Source: Limnothrix sp. BL-A-16
Lineage (GTDB): Bacteria; Cyanobacteriota; Cyanobacteriia; CACIAM-69d
Assembly: GCA_041937175.2 (NCBI GenBank)
Contig: CP166615.1
Location: 3,264,001 to 3,328,000 of the forward strand
Reading direction: 5' to 3'
DNA length: 64,000 bases
Shown here: positions 59,123-64,000 of the stretch, piece after piece
How the letters are laid out: every line of letters begins with the position of its first letter
Position numbering within the stretch: position 1 is the stretch's first letter
Position numbers and translations under genes: made by a program
Notes under the pieces: generated by a model
What the model saw: the letters and a program-made list of their open reading frames with translations, nothing else
The model's database searches: none
What the model was told of the DNA's origin: nothing

Positions 59123-59206
59123 TATCAAGTTGACCGGTGGAACTGGTCAGTGGCAATTTTGAGCAATTATTTTGAACAATTCTTGAGCAATTGTAATGAA
59201 TTGCCC

Positions 59207-59401
59207 CTACACCCAGTCGGCCATGGATTCCCAACTGTGGCGCAATTGGCTGCTCAATAATCCATTTTCCGATCGCCGATTGCGGCGGCGGGATTTGGCA
59301 GCATTCGAGCGTTTCCGCGATCGCTTGTCAACCACAATTTTCCTCAGGTCGATCGCATCGTCCCAAGAATGAAACCGGTCAGGAAAAGTTCGCTGAGTCA
59401 T
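59207..59401 (-). CDS. Small highly basic hypothetical protein
   Basis: 64 aa; GGAGG Shine-Dalgarno 8 nt before ATG; DKRSRKRSNAAKSRRRNRR. Confidence 0.6.
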   Translation of the reverse strand: MTQRTFPDRFHSWDDAIDLRKIVVDKRSRKRSNAAKSRRRNRRSENGLLSSQLRHSWESMADWV

Positions 59402-59703
59402 GATTCTGACCTCCCAAAATTGACGTTGGGGGAATTGCCAGCCCAGTTGCTGGCTTCAGAGATGCAGCCCCGTCGTCGATGGAATGATCCCAGTGCAATC
59501 CAGCTTCATCGTCGAAGCGAGCTAGGGATATGGACGCAAATCTCTAGGGTATTGTTCTGCGAATTGGGAACCCAATCCGGTTAACTTCGCCAGAAGCCCC
59601 CGGTTCGATCGTACCGCTCTTTTTCAGGGGCGGCGACTCATAAATCTTGATTCCTCAGGAATGAAGTTTCCAGAATTGTCCAAGGAATTCCAGCCCAAAT
59701 TGC

Positions 59704-60351
59704 TTACTGAGCTAATTGATCGCGCACCAACTGGCGCAATGCTTGTTCAGCAGCAATTTCATCTTGCTGAGCCTCTGCCAAAAATTGATACAAATACGCT
59801 TTTTCTACCCAAGGAAAAATGGGGCTAAATTCCGATTCTTGATAATCCCCATTTTCCAAAATAAAAATGCGCCAATCACGGCCGTTATATCGCCACAGTT
59901 CTGGAACGCCCATCGCGGCATAGAGCCGGTTTTTATCAATATCCGTGTGGGTGATATCCACTTCAACCACCAGATCCGGCGGAGGATCAGTCGCAAAATC
60001 AACTCTTCGACCTGCAACCCGTGCCTGATTTTGAATGTAGTAAGCACAATCAGGTTCTGAGCTGCGATCAAGCTCTTCACGCTCAATCCGAGTAGATCCC
60101 ATTGTTTTAATTTTCAGACCCATCTCAAAGATCATGATGATGATAAAGCGCTCAATGAGACGAATCGAAAATTCATGATCTTCCAAGGGCATAGTGATTT
60201 CTAAAACTCCATGATCATAGGTCAAGCGAGCAGAACGACGGAACGGCAGGGCATGGAGAACCTGTTGGTAAGTTTGCCAAGTTAGGCCACACAGCGTCAC
60301 ACGTTTTTCGCCGATGAGTTGGGTGGGAGCCAGCGGGGCGATCGCAATCAT
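59704..60351 (-). CDS. Uma2 (DUF820) family endonuclease
   Basis: RLTYDHGVLEITMP, EPDCAYY, PPPDLVVEVDIT, GVPELWRY. Confidence 0.9.
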   Translation of the reverse strand: MIAIAPLAPTQLIGEKRVTLCGLTWQTYQQVLHALPFRRSARLTYDHGVLEITMPLEDHEFSIRLIERFIIIMIFEMGLKIKTMGSTRIEREELDRSSEPDCAYYIQNQARVAGRRVDFATDPPPDLVVEVDITHTDIDKNRLYAAMGVPELWRYNGRDWRIFILENGDYQESEFSPIFPWVEKAYLYQFLAEAQQDEIAAEQALRQLVRDQLAQ

Positions 60352-60485
60352 TGCTCACAACTCCTGAAACGGTTGATCAGTTCTATTATCGCCAATGGGG
60401 CCAAGCAGCGGGCCAGCCACCCGATCGCCCGGATCGGTGCGCAAAGGGACTGCTATGCTGAGGGCGAGCATTCTGCAATCGCCCC

Positions 60486-63431
60486 ATGACCGACTCCGCA
60501 AAGACCTTGCTTTTGGTAGATGGCCATTCCTTGGCTTTCCGAGCATTCTATGCCTTCGTAAATGGACGAGATGGCGGCCTGCGCACTTCCACCGGCATTC
60601 CCACCAGCATTTGCTACGGATTTATTAAGGCCCTATTGGACACGATCGCCCTTGAAAAACCCCAAGCGATCGCCCTAGCTTTTGATACTCGCCAGCCCAC
60701 TTTTCGCCACGAGGCCGATGCGACCTACAAGGATGGGCGGCCGGAAACTCCCGTGGAGTTTATTGAAGATATTCAGCACCTCGAAACCCTGTTGGCGGCG
60801 CTGAATTTAACCATTGTCAAAACGCCAGGTTTTGAAGCGGATGACGCGATCGGGACAATCACCCAACAGGGCATCGCGGCGGGCTATCGAGTCAAAATTT
60901 TGAGTGGCGATCGGGACTTATTTCAACTGATTAATGACCAGCAAGGTATCAGCGTTTTGCACCTGGGTGGGCGCGATGTGAAGTCTTCTCGCTACAGCGA
61001 ATATCGTGCGGCCCAAGTGGTGGAAAAATGGGGCGTACGTCCGGATCAGGTGGTGGATTTCAAAGCCCTTTGTGGTGATAAGTCCGATAATATTCCGGGG
61101 GTGAAAGGCATTGGCGAAAAAACCGCCGCCCAGCTTCTGCAAGAGCATGAGTCCTTGGATGGGATTTATCAGGCATTAGATTCCCTGAAAAAATCCGTTA
61201 AAAGCAAATTGGAAGCCGATCGAGAAGCTGCTTACCATTCTCAATTTTTGGCGCAAATTAAATGTGATGTGCCCTTGGATTTGGCCTTAGCAGACTGTGA
61301 ATTAAGTGGGTTCGATCGCGCCGCCCTCACCCCTCTGCTGGAAAAACTGGAACTGAATCAGTTTCTAAAGCAAATTGAGCGCTTGGAAGCTCGATTTGGC
61401 AATGGTCAGTTAACGCTGGGAGCAGAACCAGAGACAGGCAATGAAACGGGTTCTGCGGGCCGATCGCCCCAATTATCCAGGGGTTCACAAACTTCGACCT
61501 TGGAAGCGGAAGATACTTGGTTTTTCAGTGCCGAAGAGACCGATGCACTCAAGGAAAATCCACCGCTACCGGCCGAATTTACCCCAGAAATTATTACTAC
61601 ACCTGATCAATTAGAGGCGCTGGTTGCCGCCCTGTTACGCTGCCAAAACCGTGACTATCCCACCGCTTGGGACACAGAAACCACCGATCTTGATCCTCGC
61701 AAGGCCGCACTGGTAGGAATTGGGGTTTGCTATGGAAATGCGGAACAATTCACGGTGGCCTATATTCCCGTGGGACACAGTACGGGAAAACAGCTCGATC
61801 GATCACTGGTGTTGCAGGCACTGAAACCGATTTTGGAAAGCGAAAACCATCCCAAGGTGCTGCAAAGTGCCAAGTTCGATCGGGCAATTTTGCGCAGCCA
61901 AGGAATTCAACTGGCCGGGGTGATTTTTGACCCAATGCTTGCCAGTTATGTGCTGAATCCAGAAGCCAGCCATAACCTAACCGATTTGGGATTGCGCTAT
62001 TTAGGGATCAGCGCCACCAGCTATCAGGATCTTGTGCCGAAGGGCCAAACCATTGCAGCGGTGAGTATTACTGCCGTTGCCAACTATTGCGGCACGGATG
62101 TTTATAGTGCATTTCATTTAGTTAATATCCTGCGATCACAACTGTCTAGCGAGCAGGATTTGTTGCCACTTTTTGAGCAAGTGGAGCTGCCCCTTGAGCC
62201 GGTTTTAGCGGCCATGGAAGGGCGAGGCATTCGGATTGACACGGCCTATTTGGCGGAATTTTCTAAGCAATTAGAAACAGACCTATTGGCGATCGAACAG
62301 CGGGCCTACGCAGCGGCTGGGGAGACTTTTAATTTAGGTTCGCCCAAGCAGCTCAGTGAATTGTTATTTGGCAAATTGGGTCTTGATCCCAAAAAGTCTC
62401 GCAAAACCAAAACCGGCTATTCCACGGATGCCGCTACCTTGGAAAAGTTAAAGGATGATCATCCCGTGGTGGAAGCGATCGTGGAGCATCGCACCCTAGC
62501 CAAACTGAAGTCTACCTATGTGGACGCGCTGCCGCAGTTGGTTTCGCCCCAAACCGATCGCGTCCATACGGACTTTAATCAAACGGTGACGGCGACGGGT
62601 CGCCTCTCTTCATCCAATCCCAACTTGCAAAATATCCCGATTCGGACGGCCTTTAGTCGGCAAATTCGGCGGGCTTTTTTACCCAAAACGGGCTGGCTGT
62701 TGGCCGCAGCGGACTATTCCCAAATTGAGCTAAGAATTTTGGCCCATTTGAGTCAGGAACCGGTCTTGATTGAAGCCTATCAAACGGGGCGAGATGTCCA
62801 TGCTTTGACCGCACAATTATTGCTCGATCGCCCCGACATTACCCCCGAAGAACGGCGACTGGGAAAAATCATCAACTTTGGGGTGATTTATGGCATGGGG
62901 GCACAACGATTTGCGCGGGAAGCGGGCGTGTCGCGCATGGAAGCCAAGGAATTTATCGATCGCTTTAACCAGCGCTATCCCCAAGTCTTTGAGTATTTGC
63001 AACAAATGCAGCGCGAGGCGATCGCCCTGGGCTATGTGCATACGTTGCTGGGCCGACGGCGCTATTTTCAATTCATGAGTCCCTCGTTGAATCAATTGCG
63101 CGGCTCCGATCCCCAGGCGATCGACCTCGATCGGTTGCGGGTCAATGGTCAAAATGATGCCCAATTGCTGCGGGCGGCGGCCAACGCACCGATTCAGGGT
63201 TCCAGCGCCGACATCATCAAAATTGCCATGATTCAACTTCATCAACGGTTGCAATCTACCCAGGCGGCGTTACTGTTGCAGGTGCATGATGAATTGATCT
63301 TTGAAGTGCCTCCGGAAGAGTGGGACTTTGTGCGAGCAATCATTCAGGAAACCATGGAGTCAGCAGTCACCTTGAGTGTGCCCTTGGCGGTGGAAGTTCA
63401 TGCGGGTCAAAACTGGATGGAAGCGAAATAG
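60486..63431 (+). CDS. polA: DNA polymerase I
   Basis: 5'-3' exonuclease (LLVDGHSLAFRAF), DTETT, DYSQIELR, KIINFGVIYG, QVHDE. Confidence 0.97.
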   Translation: MTDSAKTLLLVDGHSLAFRAFYAFVNGRDGGLRTSTGIPTSICYGFIKALLDTIALEKPQAIALAFDTRQPTFRHEADATYKDGRPETPVEFIEDIQHLETLLAALNLTIVKTPGFEADDAIGTITQQGIAAGYRVKILSGDRDLFQLINDQQGISVLHLGGRDVKSSRYSEYRAAQVVEKWGVRPDQVVDFKALCGDKSDNIPGVKGIGEKTAAQLLQEHESLDGIYQALDSLKKSVKSKLEADREAAYHSQFLAQIKCDVPLDLALADCELSGFDRAALTPLLEKLELNQFLKQIERLEARFGNGQLTLGAEPETGNETGSAGRSPQLSRGSQTSTLEAEDTWFFSAEETDALKENPPLPAEFTPEIITTPDQLEALVAALLRCQNRDYPTAWDTETTDLDPRKAALVGIGVCYGNAEQFTVAYIPVGHSTGKQLDRSLVLQALKPILESENHPKVLQSAKFDRAILRSQGIQLAGVIFDPMLASYVLNPEASHNLTDLGLRYLGISATSYQDLVPKGQTIAAVSITAVANYCGTDVYSAFHLVNILRSQLSSEQDLLPLFEQVELPLEPVLAAMEGRGIRIDTAYLAEFSKQLETDLLAIEQRAYAAAGETFNLGSPKQLSELLFGKLGLDPKKSRKTKTGYSTDAATLEKLKDDHPVVEAIVEHRTLAKLKSTYVDALPQLVSPQTDRVHTDFNQTVTATGRLSSSNPNLQNIPIRTAFSRQIRRAFLPKTGWLLAAADYSQIELRILAHLSQEPVLIEAYQTGRDVHALTAQLLLDRPDITPEERRLGKIINFGVIYGMGAQRFAREAGVSRMEAKEFIDRFNQRYPQVFEYLQQMQREAIALGYVHTLLGRRRYFQFMSPSLNQLRGSDPQAIDLDRLRVNGQNDAQLLRAAANAPIQGSSADIIKIAMIQLHQRLQSTQAALLLQVHDELIFEVPPEEWDFVRAIIQETMESAVTLSVPLAVEVHAGQNWMEAK

Positions 63432-64000
63432 CTGATCTGGAATGAGTGATGCAATTAGGGGTAATTTTAAACCTGCTTTACCTAATTTGCTTTCGTCACA
63501 TTCATCAAAAGCTCTCCTTTCATCTCACGAAATTATTGCAATGAGTTGTTAAAATCAGCCTCATTTCCAGCCAATCAAAATTGGCATAGACAGTTACAGA
63601 CTGGCACAAAATTGATGGAGTTCAGTTGAAAACCCCCATAGGATTGAGGCGATCGAGCGAATGCACCTGAAATAACCTGAGAGGATGTCTGACAAGCCGC
63701 AATGGCTACCTTGCTGGTGGGTTTCATCAACCGACGAAGACAAGATGCTCAAGCCCCTGACTCCCACAACTGTTGGTGCTTAACCATTGCCCCAAGTTAC
63801 TTCTCAGACATCCTCTGAGGTTTGTTAATTTCAGTTGATTCCAACCGATCGAGACAGCAAGCTGCGTCTTTTGTCCTCAACCATTGCTGCGATCGCTTGT
63901 GTTGAATTTTGCGAGCTATTTTTTTGCCCCCGGTGGCTGGGGAACCCATGCCCGATCGCTCGCGGGAGCATTGCACCCGATCGAGCCGATCGCCCTTTGT

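Noticed and set aside
61390..61580. Insertion in polA as a possible intein
   Set aside because: Short low-complexity linker between exonuclease domains; no intein splice motifs
63620..63650. GTTCAGTTGAAAACCCCCATAGGATTGAG, faintly like a cyanobacterial CRISPR repeat
   Set aside because: Single copy, weak hairpin, no GAAAC end and no spacer periodicity
1..64000. Very frequent GCGATCGC/CGATCG
   Set aside because: Known cyanobacterial HIP1; used only as a taxonomic and compositional marker

Overview
Cyanobacterial chromosome segment. Evidence: very dense HIP1 GCGATCGC/CGATCG sites, ho1, flv3 and the ndhL-DUF3007-trpA cluster. A filamentous Limnothrix-like organism is an inference only. Bases ~120-11600 hold a reduced type III-B-variant CRISPR effector locus on the minus strand: HD-less cas10/cmr2, cmr3, cmr4, cmr5, a cmr6-cmr1 fusion, two different CARF-HEPN ribonuclease effectors, a Uma2 nuclease and an uncharacterised glycine-zipper membrane protein. 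A WYL regulator is transcribed divergently. No array, cas6 or cas1/2 is visible in the window. Cmr4 lacks the canonical catalytic Asp, which suggests a signalling-only system. The rest is mostly core genome (sphR-sphS-phoU, cugP, thrC, ho1, ppa, serS, tsaB, tRNA-Lys, flv3, birA, ndhL, trpA, polA). Three oddities stand out there: a full-length CobQ with its catalytic residues replaced, a 142-bp MITE family that carries and appears to insert into a 20-bp palindrome, and a PatN-like protein. All calls come from motif reading by eye; no database searches were run.
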